This document shows, in pieces, positions 1 through 11,232 of a DNA stretch of 35,089 nt (positions are counted from its first letter, which is position 1; each line of letters starts with the position of its first letter). Position numbers and translations under genes: made by a program. The notes below the pieces were generated by a model. That model saw nothing but the letters and a program-made list of their open reading frames with translations. It had not been told where the DNA came from and did no database searches. The stretch comes from Macrostomum lignano (taxonomy: Eukaryota): the NCBI GenBank assembly GCA_002269645.1, contig NIVC01004782.1:1-35089 (forward strand). Reading direction: 5' to 3'.

Positions 1-43
1 CACCAGCAATCTCCGATAATGATAGTAACGATGGCCGGCTTAC

Positions 44-259
44 CCATATGCGCCTTTCTCGGAATAGTACGTTCAGCGCATTGTCAATCTTGTTAATTGC
101 CTTCTCGCCGGAGCTCTTGGTTGTTGCCCATGGCGACCGATCGGTCGGTGGTGTTGGACAGGCCGCCGCCGCTGCTGCCACCGTGGGCAGCTGCTTTGCC
201 AACGTTGGCCGCAGCCTTGACATATCGTCAGTCGGAATTCCAACACTTTCGGCGCTCAT
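44..259 (-). CDS. Possible first coding exon of an unknown gene running off the left edge
   Basis: ATG at 259 with an in-frame TAA two codons upstream. Frame MSAESVGIPTDDMSRLRPTLAKQLPTVAAAAAACPTPPTDRSPWATTKSSGEKAINKIDNALNVLFRERRIW stays open to position 1. Candidate donor GG|GTAAGC at 43. No recognisable domain. Confidence 0.4.
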
Positions 260-379
260 TATTTATTCAGCTAGCTTGACTGCGCGAACTCACTGAAAGG
301 TTGTCGAAGTTATCGAGCGAAAAATCCGGACGCTTCCGGTTATCGAATACGATCTGGAGTCGAGCGGCGGTGACGAGCG

Positions 380-950
380 CAGGAAGGGAGAGGAGGCTGT
401 GAAAAACCTCACGACTCGGCTCAAATAGGGGATCGGCTTCTGTCCTCTCCTCCTCCTCCGTCCCTTCGCCTCGTCTTCCGACTAGAGTGCGCCTCGCGCT
501 CTCCCTCTCCTCTTCCTCGGTGGGGAGTGGGGAGGAGAGAAGGGTTAGGGAAGGAAGCGGGCGAAGAGAGAGGGGCAAAGGATAGAATGATCGATTCTCA
601 GCCGCTGTTCGGTTGTCAGGGGCAACGCCCTTGCCCTTCTCCCTTGGTCTATCCCGCCCCTATTTTTCCTATTTCCTCCTCGGGTTGCCGGGCGTCTCAA
701 AAGCAAAGCTTTGACTGCTCAGAGGCTGAGCTCAAATCTCTCTCTATCTTCTCTTCTCTTGGAATCCTTTTTTCGCCCACGCCTGATCGATGGATAAGGG
801 GTAGAGAGGCCGCGAGGGAGACAAATGGGAGAGAGGGAAAAGAGAGAGGGGGAGCAATGATGATGGAGAGAGAGAAGCTGGGCAGAGAGTATCGCGGCAG
901 TCAGGAGGGTGTGCGAGCAGAGGAGACGGGCTTGCGTAGGTGAGGTGTCT
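380..950. repeat. Alternating GA-rich and CT-rich low-complexity blocks
   Basis: Purine block ~380-400, pyrimidine ~440-518, purine ~520-595, pyrimidine ~620-780, purine ~790-945. Confidence 0.7.
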
Positions 951-990
951 AAGAGAGATTGTTCAGCCGTGGGTCTTCAGTTTCGCAGGG

Positions 991-998
991 CTTTTATA
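991..998 (-). promoter_or_regulatory. TATA-box-like TATAAAAG, oriented toward the left-edge ORF
   Basis: Plus-strand CTTTTATA at 991-998 reads TATAAAAG on the minus strand, about 730 nt upstream of the ATG at 259. Motif match only. Confidence 0.25.
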
Positions 999-2425
999 AG
1001 TCGGCATAGGCACATGGCAGAAAGAAAAGGACACTAAATATAGCACTTGGAGGCACGCGAAGAAAAGCAAAATAAAATACGACCCCTCAACTCCTCCTCT
1101 GAAGGAATATCAGCCGAGTCTTGTATTTTTCTTCCCCTTATCTTCGACTGGCAGAGTCACGAGCTATAGGCACTGTACATGAGCTTACGAGCTTAGCTAT
1201 AGGTAGGTAGGTGTTCGAATTCAAACTACTAGGGGTGCCTGCAGAGTCTTATCATATCTTCTGCTACTCGCTATGCTCTCCACACAGCAAGCTCTCAAGA
1301 CTTTGGTCAGTTCAAAGAAAATGGAAATGTGGCGCGGGCAGTTTTCAGATTGCCTATAGCTAGCCCCTTTCATCCTCTCTCCCTGTGGTGCGCCCTTTTA
1401 TCCAGAATCCCTCTCCTTAGTCTCCCGGCCACAGCTTGCACAGCCAGACGCGATGCCAATGCAAACTTCCCTTCTCTCCGAATGAATCCCCCGAGGCCCA
1501 TCACTTTTTCTCGATCCTCCCAGCTTCCCATTCCCGACGACTCATACAGCCTCCTTGTGGCACCCCTTTCCGCTTTGCTCTCCATCCTATAGCCTCATAT
1601 CCCAATTCTCCGATCTTCCTCCCCGAAGCAATTCGGTTGTCTTGAATAAGTAATTCCTTATTTCTTGCTTCTATCTAGCTACTTTCCATCCTCTGGCTTA
1701 TAGATCAACAGAACTGGACCCGATCAACTCAAGCGATCGGATACATTATGAGAAGACTGCATCGTTGCTGCTGAAGAAAGTTTTACGAAATATAATTCTC
1801 TACCTCCGGGCCTATCCTCCGAAGAAATAAATGTCTAATTCCTGAAATTATCCTGGAACGTTCGCTGAAGATTTTGCCATCTTTCTGTGCCTCATTTAAA
1901 CTACTTTTGCCACACGTTAAAAAGACTTCTTTATGACTTTCCAGTAGCATTTGAAGCTAGTAAGTTGCTTAATAACCATAATACTCGTAACAAAGAATAA
2001 TAATAATAATTAATTACACCTGCACTATTGGGCATGTGCCCTGGGGGTTGGCCCTCAAGAAAAAGCAAAAATACGAGTATATCGAAGAAACGATTGTTAT
2101 CGAGAATGTAAAAGTCAAAGAATCATCAAATACGGCCAGTTGAAAATAAGCTAACTTTGTTTGAATCGGAAGTTGTTGTGACACCCAGCATTGTCTGACA
2201 TGTAGTTCTCTTCAAATCGCTCCACTGATTAAAAAAAACACTCATAAATCATTTTGAGTTTGCCAGAAACATGCACTAGCTGAGAAGGCTCCTTGTCTTC
2301 AAACTTTTCTCTTTTGAGAAATAAGTGCAACTGCACTTACAGCAACTGTCTGAATCAAATGTACTTTACAGGTCAGATAAAGTTCATATTTTTTAGCATT
2401 TACATGTATAGCCTGCTTTTAAATA

Positions 2426-2466
2426 GGCGCCCCTGTCTATTGGTGAGCGCCCCTGTCTTTGTGGGG
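2426..2466 (+). repeat. Two degenerate copies of the 21-bp minisatellite unit found at 4630-6141
   Basis: GCGCCCCTGTCT at 2427 and 2447, each followed by a TG-rich spacer, matching the array core GGCG(T/C)CCCTGTCTCTTAG. Confidence 0.6.
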
Positions 2467-2827
2467 GTTGTTTACGAAATTTTGTTTCAATCAAAGGACT
2501 CCATCTTCCATAAGCAATCACGGGAGAAAAAACTAATTTTGGTAAAGGTTGACATGCCTGCGTCAAACTATACCATTAGTCCGCACTCTATACCAGTTAT
2601 TCAGCTTGTCTCAGTGATGCTCACCTTTAGTAGAGCTTCTGAGCTTCTGTCAGTCAGTCCTACTAACTTCTATTCTGAATTCTGCCGGGGTTTGCAGACA
2701 TCCTAATTTGGGCATCGGCTTGAGTAATGAGTGAGTGTGTACTCATAGCAAATACGAAGTATATGCTTGCGTGTGTGTTGCTTTGGGCTTCTATACTCGC
2801 GAGTTTCTTTTTTCCCTACAGCTACAT

Positions 2828-3050
2828 GGGTTGCTTTCACAAGCTCGAAACCAGTTACTTTCATAAGCTCGAAATTTCACAACCTCGAAAACCCTTCTAG
2901 CAGCCCACTTTCACAAACACGAAACTTCATAAGCTCGAAATTTCATATCCTCGAAAATTTTAGCAGGCTGCTAGACTGGTTTTCGAGGTTGTGAATTTTC
3001 GAGCTTGTGAAATTTCGAGCTTATGAAGTTTTGAGCTTGTGAAGCGACCC
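2828..3050. mobile_element. Foldback/MITE-like element built from ~16-bp subrepeats (TTTCACAAGCTCGAAA)
   Basis: Left arm GGGTTGCTTTCACAAGCTCGAAA...CTAGCAGCC is the imperfect reverse complement of right arm GGCTGCTAG...TTGAGCTTGTGAAGCGACCC. No TSD seen. Confidence 0.75.
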
Positions 3051-3309
3051 TAGCTAAATTTTACTGCAGCTTGTGTGCCACAGTATCAAGTCAAAAGTAT
3101 CTTTTTCAGATTTCCCAAACATCCTGGATCTCAAAGGGAGCATTTAAGGGAGCATTTGACTGAATTCGTTCAAAGTTATGCAATACGAGCCTACAGACAG
3201 ATTCGAAGCTCTTGAAAAAAAATGAAGTATGTATAGCAACTTGTGAAGCCATTGAAATTAATTCAATTTAAAATTGTCATTCAGTATAACAAAACCTAAT
3301 TTCGCAGCA

Positions 3310-3978
3310 GCGATCGGTAAGTCCAGGGCTCGCTCTCGCGTCTCGGTCAGCGGCACAGCCTCCATGCCGTACAGCAGGATCGGTTCGACGGCCGTGCGGA
3401 ACAGGCGCACCTTCAGGCCGTCTCTGGCAGCTGAATTAAAAACGTTCCTGAGGAGGTGCGCGGCGCGTCAGACCTGGTTCCTCCTGTCGGAGACAATCGC
3501 ATCGGGGCTCATCACCAGGGCGCCAAGGTACCGGAAGTCCTCGCACACCGCGATGCGGTCTCCATTGGGCAGCGTGAGAGTTGGGGCGGTATTCGTGCCC
3601 ACGTGCAGGGCCTCCATCTTGCGAGCGTTCACCAGCAGCCCCAAGACGGGCGCCTTCGTTGCAAAGCCTTGTGAGAGCGCGCTAGTCAGCAGCTGGATCA
3701 GGATGTCTGGAGCTTCGGCGTGAGACCAGCAAGTAGCTGTCATCCTCGCGGAGGGACCGACCAAGCACGTACACGTAGTCCAAAACCACGAGGAAGAGCA
3801 GAGGAGCCAGCGTGTCGCCCTGAAAGACACCTGAGCTGGTGCCGAACTCTTCTGTAGGGCCGTCGCTTGTAATGACAAAAGCCCTGGGAGTCGCGGTGGA
3901 GGTCCATCAATGCGCTCACCAGCGCAGAAGACACGCCATTCTGAGATAGAAGCCACGCGATTGCAGGCCTGGACACCT
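3310..3978 (-). mobile_element. Decayed, 5'-truncated non-LTR retrotransposon reverse transcriptase (RTE-like)
   Basis: Stitched minus-strand frames give VSRPAIAWLLSQNGVSSALVSALMDLHRDS / AFVITSDGPTEEFGTSSGVFQGDTLAPLLFLVVLDYV (QG..L.P.LF motif) / GLLVNARKMEAL...VCEDFRYLG...NQV*RAAHLL...KVRLFRTAVEPILLYGMEA. Frameshifts, an in-frame TGA at 3468-3470 and no YADD/FADD motif. Confidence 0.9.
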
Positions 3979-4629
3979 TACAGAATGTAACATCATTCTG
4001 TTACGCATTTTATAAGCGTCAGCTAAGAAGATAAAATCTTCTCGTAACATAGAATCCTAGTTTTCTAAAAGAAAATCTCTATGAATGTCAATAAACATTA
4101 CACATTGAATCTGCCTCCTATCATTTTTCAAAGAAACGTACTTTCCCCTTTTTCTATACTTGTTCATCATTTTACACAATTCGGTAAAATGCAAAACCGT
4201 TACAACCTGCAATCAAGCTCAGAATCCAAGTCCTATTAAGGACATGAGCTACACAGACTGTCTCTAGGTAGCCGAAAACATGAACGATTGGAACTGAAAT
4301 ATAATTGAATTTATTGACGCAGTTTATGCATGCTGCAACCACTGTAGAAGGTGTAGGCAATAATATGATTATCGATAATTTATTTAACTGATTTACAGAA
4401 TTTCCCGTTTCTGTCAGCTAAAAGGAAACTGAATTCTGTCAGCTGAAGTATTGGCTGCATGCAGGGTTTGAACAAATGTTACAAATAATCTGGGTCATTA
4501 ATCACCCAACAATATTTCTGATAGTATATAATGAGCTGAAGAATTGTTAGTTCTATCGTGTTTTTCGCGCCCTTCTAGAGGCCCAAAATCCACTGGAGCT
4601 GAGAGTCATCATCGCAATGAGTATGTGAT

Positions 4630-6141
4630 TGTCTCCCCTGTCTCTTAGGGGGCGTCCCTGTCTCTGGGGTGCATGGGTGCCCCGGTTTCTGGGGTGGGCG
4701 CCCTTGTCTCTGGGTGGGCACTCCTGTCTCTTAGGTAGGCGCCTCTGTCTCTGGGGTGGGCGCCCCCTGTCCCTGGGTGGGCGTCCCTGTCTCTTAGGAG
4801 AGCGTCCATGTCTCTTAGGTGGGCGCCCTTGTCTCTTAGATGGGCGTCCCTGTCTCTTAGGTGGGCGTCCCTGTCTCTTAGATGGGCGTCCCTGTCTCTT
4901 AGGTTGGCGTCCCTGTCTCTTAGATGGGCGTCCCTGTCTCTTAGATGGGCGTCCCTGTCTCTTTGATGGGCCTACCTGTCTCTTAGGTGGGCGTCCCTGT
5001 CTCTTAGATGGGCGTCCCTGTCTCTTAGGTTGGCGTCCCTGTCTCTTAGATGGGCGTCCCTGTCTCTAGGTGGGCGTCCCTGTCTCTTAGATGGGCCTCC
5101 CTGTCTCTAGGTGGGCGTCCCTGTCTCTTAGATGGGCCTCCCTGTCTCTTAGGTGGGCGCCCTTGTCTCTTAGGTGGGCGTCCCTGTCTCTTAGATGGGC
5201 GTCCCTGTCTCTTAGGTGGGCGTCCCTGTCTCTTAGATGGGCGCCCCTGTCTCTTAGGTGGGCGTCCCTGTCTCTTAGATGGGCGCCCCTGTCTCTTAGG
5301 TGGGCGTCCCTGTCTCTTAGATGGGCGCCCCTGTCTCTTAGGTGGGCGTCCCTGTCTCTTAGATGGGCGTCCCTGTCTCTTAGGTGGGCGTCCCTGTCTC
5401 TTAGATGGGCGTCCCTGTCTCTTAGGTGGGCGTCCCTGTCTCTTAGATGGGCGCCCCTGTCTCTTAGGTGGGCGTCCCTGTCTCTTAGATGGGCGCCCCT
5501 GTCTCTTAGATGGGCGTCCCTGTCTCTTAGATGGGCGCCCCTGTCTCTCAGGTGGGCGCCCCTGTCTCTTAGATGGGCGTCCCTGTCTCTTAGGTGGGCG
5601 TCCCTGTCTCTTAGATGGGCGCCCCTGTCTCTTAGATGGGCGTCCCTGTCTCTTAGATGGGCGTCCCTGTCTCTTAGATGGGCGTCCCTGTCTCTTAGAT
5701 GGGCGTCCCTGTCTCTTAGATGGGCGTCCCTGTCTCTTAGGTGGGCGTCCCTGTCTCTTAGATGGGCGCCCCTGTCTCTTAGGTGGGCGTCCCTGTCTCT
5801 TAGATGGGCGCCCCTGTCTCTTAGGTGGGCGTCCCTGTCTCTTAGATGGGCGCCCCTGTCTCTTAGATGGGCGTCCCTGTCTCTTAGATGGGCGTCCCTG
5901 TCTCTTAGATGGGCGTCCCTGTCTCTTAGATGGGCGTCCCTGTCTCTTAGATGGGCGTCCCTGTCTCTTAGATGGGCGCCCCTGTCTCTCAGGTGGGCCT
6001 CCCTGTCTCTTAGATGGGCGCCCCTGTCTCTCAGGTGGGCCTCCCTGTCTCTTAGATGGGCGCCCCTGTCTCTCAGGTGGGCCTCCCTGTCTCTTAGATG
6101 GGCGCCCCTGTCTCTCAGGTGGGCCTCCCTGTCTCTTAGGT
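4630..6141. repeat. 21-bp minisatellite, ~70 copies, consensus G(A/G)TGGGCG(T/C)CCCTGTCTCTTA
   Basis: Directly visible tandem unit; degenerate over the first ~170 bp, near-identical afterwards, ending abruptly at ~6141. Confidence 0.98.
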
Positions 6142-7431
6142 GACGAAATTCCTCGGAGAAAATCTCGTTCGAGCAGTCCCGTTTTTATCACTGTTGAAAA
6201 ATTAGTTTGCGGAACTTTAATGCATGATTATGAACACTACCGCAGTAGAAATTATGCCTAAATATCTATAGCGATTCTGAAAACCTTAATAATCTCCTAA
6301 ATCTCACATCACCGGAAATTTTTAAGCATTTACATTTAGTCAATTATAACAAATTGAAATGATATTTACTTCAAAACGCTTTATGATATCGAGAAGAAAA
6401 TATTGGCAGTATAAAACGCCGTAGTAGTGTTTTGAGTATTGTAGTTTTAGACATCGACTATATCGATTTAGAATATTCTATAATTGACGAAACTAAGGCG
6501 AATTCGTCTATAGTTGCTAGCATACTCGTAGATATAACTTGCGTTTACTTTTGGAACAGAAAAAGCAGCTATTTATATAAACCATTGTAAAAAATTGAAC
6601 AACCAATGAAGGCCTGATCCGATCATGAGAGGCTTATAAATGCACAGTTCTTCCCGCCAACAATGAAAAAGATCCATGCGGGATGCGGAGTCCGCTAAAT
6701 AGAGCCTTGATCGCGTCGTATTCATGTTGCAAGCTGAGAAGAAACTTGAGTTCATTGTGACGAGGTACTTTATTGAACTGGGGCAAAATTAATGCCTCGT
6801 TGTGCCTGCTCAAGAGTACAGCTAGCTATATATGTGAATAGCACCATAATAGTCGAAGTTAAAAGAGCCGGAGATTACGAGTGTACGTTGACAATGTGAC
6901 GACAGTCAATGAATGTACTGGAAGCACTAACGACTCGCACTGTTCTCGATTTCTATTTCTAATCTACCTTCTTTACACCGCTTACATCATGCAATCGTGT
7001 GTCTCAGTCTCAGTTGGTAGTTTTACTAATATGGCTGGGCACTCCATCACCAATAATTTATATATGATTGCCCGTCATCATTCAGCCACCAATATTGATT
7101 ATAAATAAGCAAATCCGTTTTTAAGTCGTTTACCGTAACTTCAAAGGATTTTACGGTGAAAGTTATCAATGTAGTACATTCAATTCCTTAAAGAAACATA
7201 AATGTCTACATTTTATCCACAATTATACTTCATAAACAGCCATGCGTGTTTATTTGAAATATTAGATTAAAAATGTTAGATAATTGTAAAGTAAATTTGC
7301 ACGATAACTTTTGATGTTAGTCAGACAATAAAATGACATGCAAGCGAATTATGTGAGTAGCTAATTGAAAAATAATTTGTGTAAGTGCGAGAGTATTTCT
7401 TTGAAAAAATCTAAATGGTTTATAGCAATTG

Positions 7432-8373
7432 TTAACCGTAGCTCTCATTCTATAGCTTCCTGTGATTTAAAATTTTATGAACTGATAGCGGCAAATCTCT
7501 TCTACAGACTGCTTTTTGAATTTTTAAAATTGATACCAGAGAACAAAAGTTATACCCAGGAAAGTAACAGTACCTGTACCATAGAGTTACACAAATTATA
7601 GGCTGAGCTTCACGAGATCCATGCCGAGTAAGCTTCGATGAATTGTTGATTTCGGCTTGTCCAACCTGTCAGCGATCTCTCTAATGGTCATTCGGGGGTC
7701 CTCGTCAAGAAGATCCAGAACGGAGTCCGCCAGTACATCAGGTCGATGAACGTATGGCCGCCCCGTCCGATGCTGATCTGCCAAGTCAGTCCTTCCCTCG
7801 CTGAACTGCTCCATCCATCGATAAACTGTCATTTTGCTGACCGCAGAGAATCCGTGCACAGAGCAAAGTTTTGCGTGAATTGCTGAGGCACTATGGCCAG
7901 CGCCCCAAAGAGTGAAGATGGCACTTTGCTGAGCAACAACTGAGTGCACATCCATGTGTGTTGTCGAGTATGGGCAATGAAATCATGAACAAATCGCAAA
8001 ATGCAAGCTCCTCTGTTTGCAAGTAAAGTAATGAATTTAATGCTTTATTTTTCTGCGCATGATTCTGTCCATAGACAAATTTCAGTCAGTCACAGTAAGA
8101 TTATTTTGCAATTGGGCTTTGGTATTGCTTAAACAAGACATTTATCGATTCCTTCTTAATGAATGAGTGCAGAAGTCGACTATTATAAATTTCGATATAG
8201 TTTGTGTAACTCTTATGGTACAGGTACTGTTACTTTCGTGGGTATAACTTTTGTTCTCTGGTATCAATCTGTAGAAGAGATTTTCCGCTATCAGTTCATA
8301 AAATTTTAAATCACAGGAAGCTATAGAACGAGAGCTACGGTTAAAAGTGTCACTACTTTTTGGACACCCCTCG
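7432..8373 (-). mobile_element. Rearranged non-autonomous mariner element with long secondary inverted repeats
   Basis: Minus-strand 5' end CGAGGGGTGTCCAAAAAGTAGTGACAC (8373-8347) resembles mariner TIRs. 7432-7600 is an inverted copy of 8196-8344 with a ~20-bp insertion. No TA TSD visible. Confidence 0.8.
7596..7955 (-). pseudogene. Truncated mariner/Tc1 transposase (N-terminal DNA-binding HTH only)
   Basis: IHAKLCSVHGFSAVSKMTVYRWMEQFSEGRTDLADQHRTGRP matches the mariner HTH pattern (IH..L..V.G..A.S..TV.RW...F..G...L.D..R.GRP), followed by EDPRMTIREIADRL...STIHR. No DD34D catalytic domain follows. Confidence 0.9.
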
Positions 8374-8509
8374 AAATTAGTTAGACACAGTTTACACACT
8401 TATATGTGCCCTGGTGCGGAGCCTTCATATCTGTCTGTCGCATAACCTACGACACGACCAAATTGAGCGATTTACATGCACAAAGCCTCAAAACCTAGGA
8501 CATAAAAGC

Positions 8510-9012
<503 letters not shown>

Positions 9013-9742
9013 CAGCTGTACTTCATCGTGACCACACTTGCAAGCCCCATTCGAGAAGGAAATTCAGTGTAATTTAGGTAATTAGGATACTTTCGGTTCA
9101 TAGAGAGACACATGTATGTACACTTTCATTTCATAGAAAGAGTGAGCAACACAATGTCTACTTTCAGTAGCTAGATAGGGAAAGCACACTTGAAATTTTC
9201 GCTATAGCGCAATACACCGTTTGCACATACTTCTACGGTTGTAGAAGTACATTTATTTAGCTTCATAAACTGAACGCAAAAAGATCACAAAATAAACAAA
9301 GTCACTCTACTCTGCATGTTGTTTACTGTCTGTTTTGCGCAATTCAGATGCACTAAAGTTCCATCAATGCTACACGAATGTACTATACAATAGCTATCCA
9401 TACTTACACCGACTGTTAAATCCTGATCATTAAGCTTTCATTCAAGCGTCAATAATGGAAAGTTGCATCCGGAGTGCTCCATTGAATTTAGTCTCACTAA
9501 CATTCTGCGACTCTATAAAACTAGTGCAGGAAAGTTGAGGAGCCTCAGAATCGCAGGCAGGCACATTTGAATGCAAGTAGCACACGCAGTAGTTAATGGC
9601 ATTCAAGCCTATATAAGCATGCATGCATTTAGTCAGGAACTATGTTGATAGCTCCCAGCCACGCAGAATTAAAGGATTATGTGCCGTTAGAATAGAAATT
9701 TCTACCAATTCTAACTTCAAGCTCTCGACAGCATATTGCCGC

Positions 9743-10669
9743 ATGACATCTAAAGATTCTTCTAGTTCACTTAGTCTGCATCCGAGCCATCGCGATGGAC
9801 GCCGGATGACTCTGCTTGATCCTGACCAGATTCAGGTCGACTTCCCCGCAGCGCCGCGCTCCGTCAAGTATCAACTGGATGATCCACTTGCCGACATTTG
9901 CATTGAGTTCGAAAGCGACGCCGACAAAGATGCTATATTAGAGATTGGCACCCACGAGAGCGTTCTGCAGAGCTACCCGCGGTTGTTAGAAGCCGTGAAA
10001 AATGGTACGCGTCTACCTTTTGCCGACTGGTCGAAGGTGACGAAAGTCAGCACGTTGGCTGAAGCTTCCATGATGAAAAAAACTTTTACAGCTTTGGAAG
10101 AATCGGACGGATCAACGACAGACGATGATGATGATGAGATCAAATCAACAGTGGCCATGCGGCTCACAAGACAGAGGTCAGAGGACAGCAGCACATCCGA
10201 TTCAGACGATTCAGAAGACCAGCTTGAACTGGAAGACACTGCATCGGGAGGCACTGAACTGGCAGCGGAAGTTTCAACCACCGAAGCAGTCGACGAACCC
10301 ATTTATATGAAAGACAACGCCGATGATGAACGACCTTCGGATGCTTTATGGACTCGATTCCAGCGTTATCGTCTATCCGATGAACGCTATCCACCGTCTG
10401 TCATGCGCATCGGCTTGAATTTCGCCTACACCGGCTCTGTAGAGCTGACCCCGGAGGATCTAGCGAACGTGGAAGCGGCAGGAACAGCATTCGCTATGCC
10501 GAACCTGATTGAGTCGGCACGCCTTCTGCGAATTCACCGTTGCCTGTTCCGCGCTGGGCCATCGGATGGTCTGAATGAGGCAGAGATTTCCGCGTACTTG
10601 GCTTCCAATCTGAGCATTTTCCTGGCGAACCTTGACAGGCTGCAGTTGCAGGGAGTGGAAATTTTTTTA
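9743..10669 (+). CDS. BTB-BACK-Kelch protein, part 1: BTB/POZ domain with acidic insertion (0 frame; stop at 10808-10810 if unshifted)
   Basis: ADICIEFES...EIGTHESVLQSYPRLLEAV resembles the BTB N-terminal half and YPPSVMRIGLNFAYTGSVELTPEDLANVEAAGTAFAMPNLIES the C-terminal half (the f.YTG.l.l motif). ATG 9743 chosen as the likely start. Confidence 0.8.
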
Positions 10670-11232
10670 CTCGTTTGGATCGGCTGCTGGCCAGCGACCG
10701 GCCGTTGGACTCCGACGAAGAGCTGCTCTGCCGATTGCTACTTGACTCGCCTGCATGTCGAAGGCTGCTGCCCAATCAGCGACTGTGTCGACGGGTTCGC
10801 CGTCACCTGATTCGTGATCCAAACTTGATCGAGCGGCTGGATGAAGCCCTAGCGTCACTATCTCCAGAAGAGGCAGCAGAGACTGTCGAAGAGACGCCAG
10901 ACGATGGAGCGTCAAGATCGCGGCGCTCATTGGTTGAACGTGGGGCTCGACCGTCAGTTTGCGTTCTCTGCTGCGGCGCTGACTCTGCTGGAGATGAGGA
11001 CGTCACCGAAGATGTCGTGCTCACCGTCACGGCAACTCTCTCGCCAGTGGGCGACGAAGCTGACGAGCTTGAGAAACGACTTCGTATGACGAACATGCCG
11101 CGACCGCCCGGTTGGAGACTTGATTCGGCGGCCGCTGCGCAGTTTGGAGCTGACACCCTGCTCATGGCATTCGGCTCATCCGGTGAGAATAGCACTCACT
11201 TACTGAGCCCCAGGACTCTGCTAATCAATCAA
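10669..11232 (+). CDS. BTB-BACK-Kelch protein, part 2: BACK-like region in the -1 frame
   Basis: TRLDRLLASDRPLDSDEELLCRLLL...RRVRRHLIRDP matches the BACK pattern LL.sd.L...EE...VR..Li. The frame is -1 relative to part 1 and is closed upstream by TGA at 10633. The 3' end (donor CAA|GTGTGT at 11233) is tentative; a small exon at about 11392-11456 ending CAG|GTACAT may follow. Confidence 0.7.

Noticed and set aside
267-1645. ORFs at 267-578, 527-943 and 1329-1645
   Set aside because: Composition mirrors GA/CT low-complexity blocks; no recognisable protein features.
3274-3723. Plus-strand ORFs over the retroelement
   Set aside because: Antisense shadows of the reverse-transcriptase remnant.
4629-6261. 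Long ORFs with 7-aa repeats (GRPCLLD, RWASLSL, KRQGRPS)
   Set aside because: A 21-bp unit keeps frames open automatically; ORFs on both strands, no splice or start context and no non-repeat domain.
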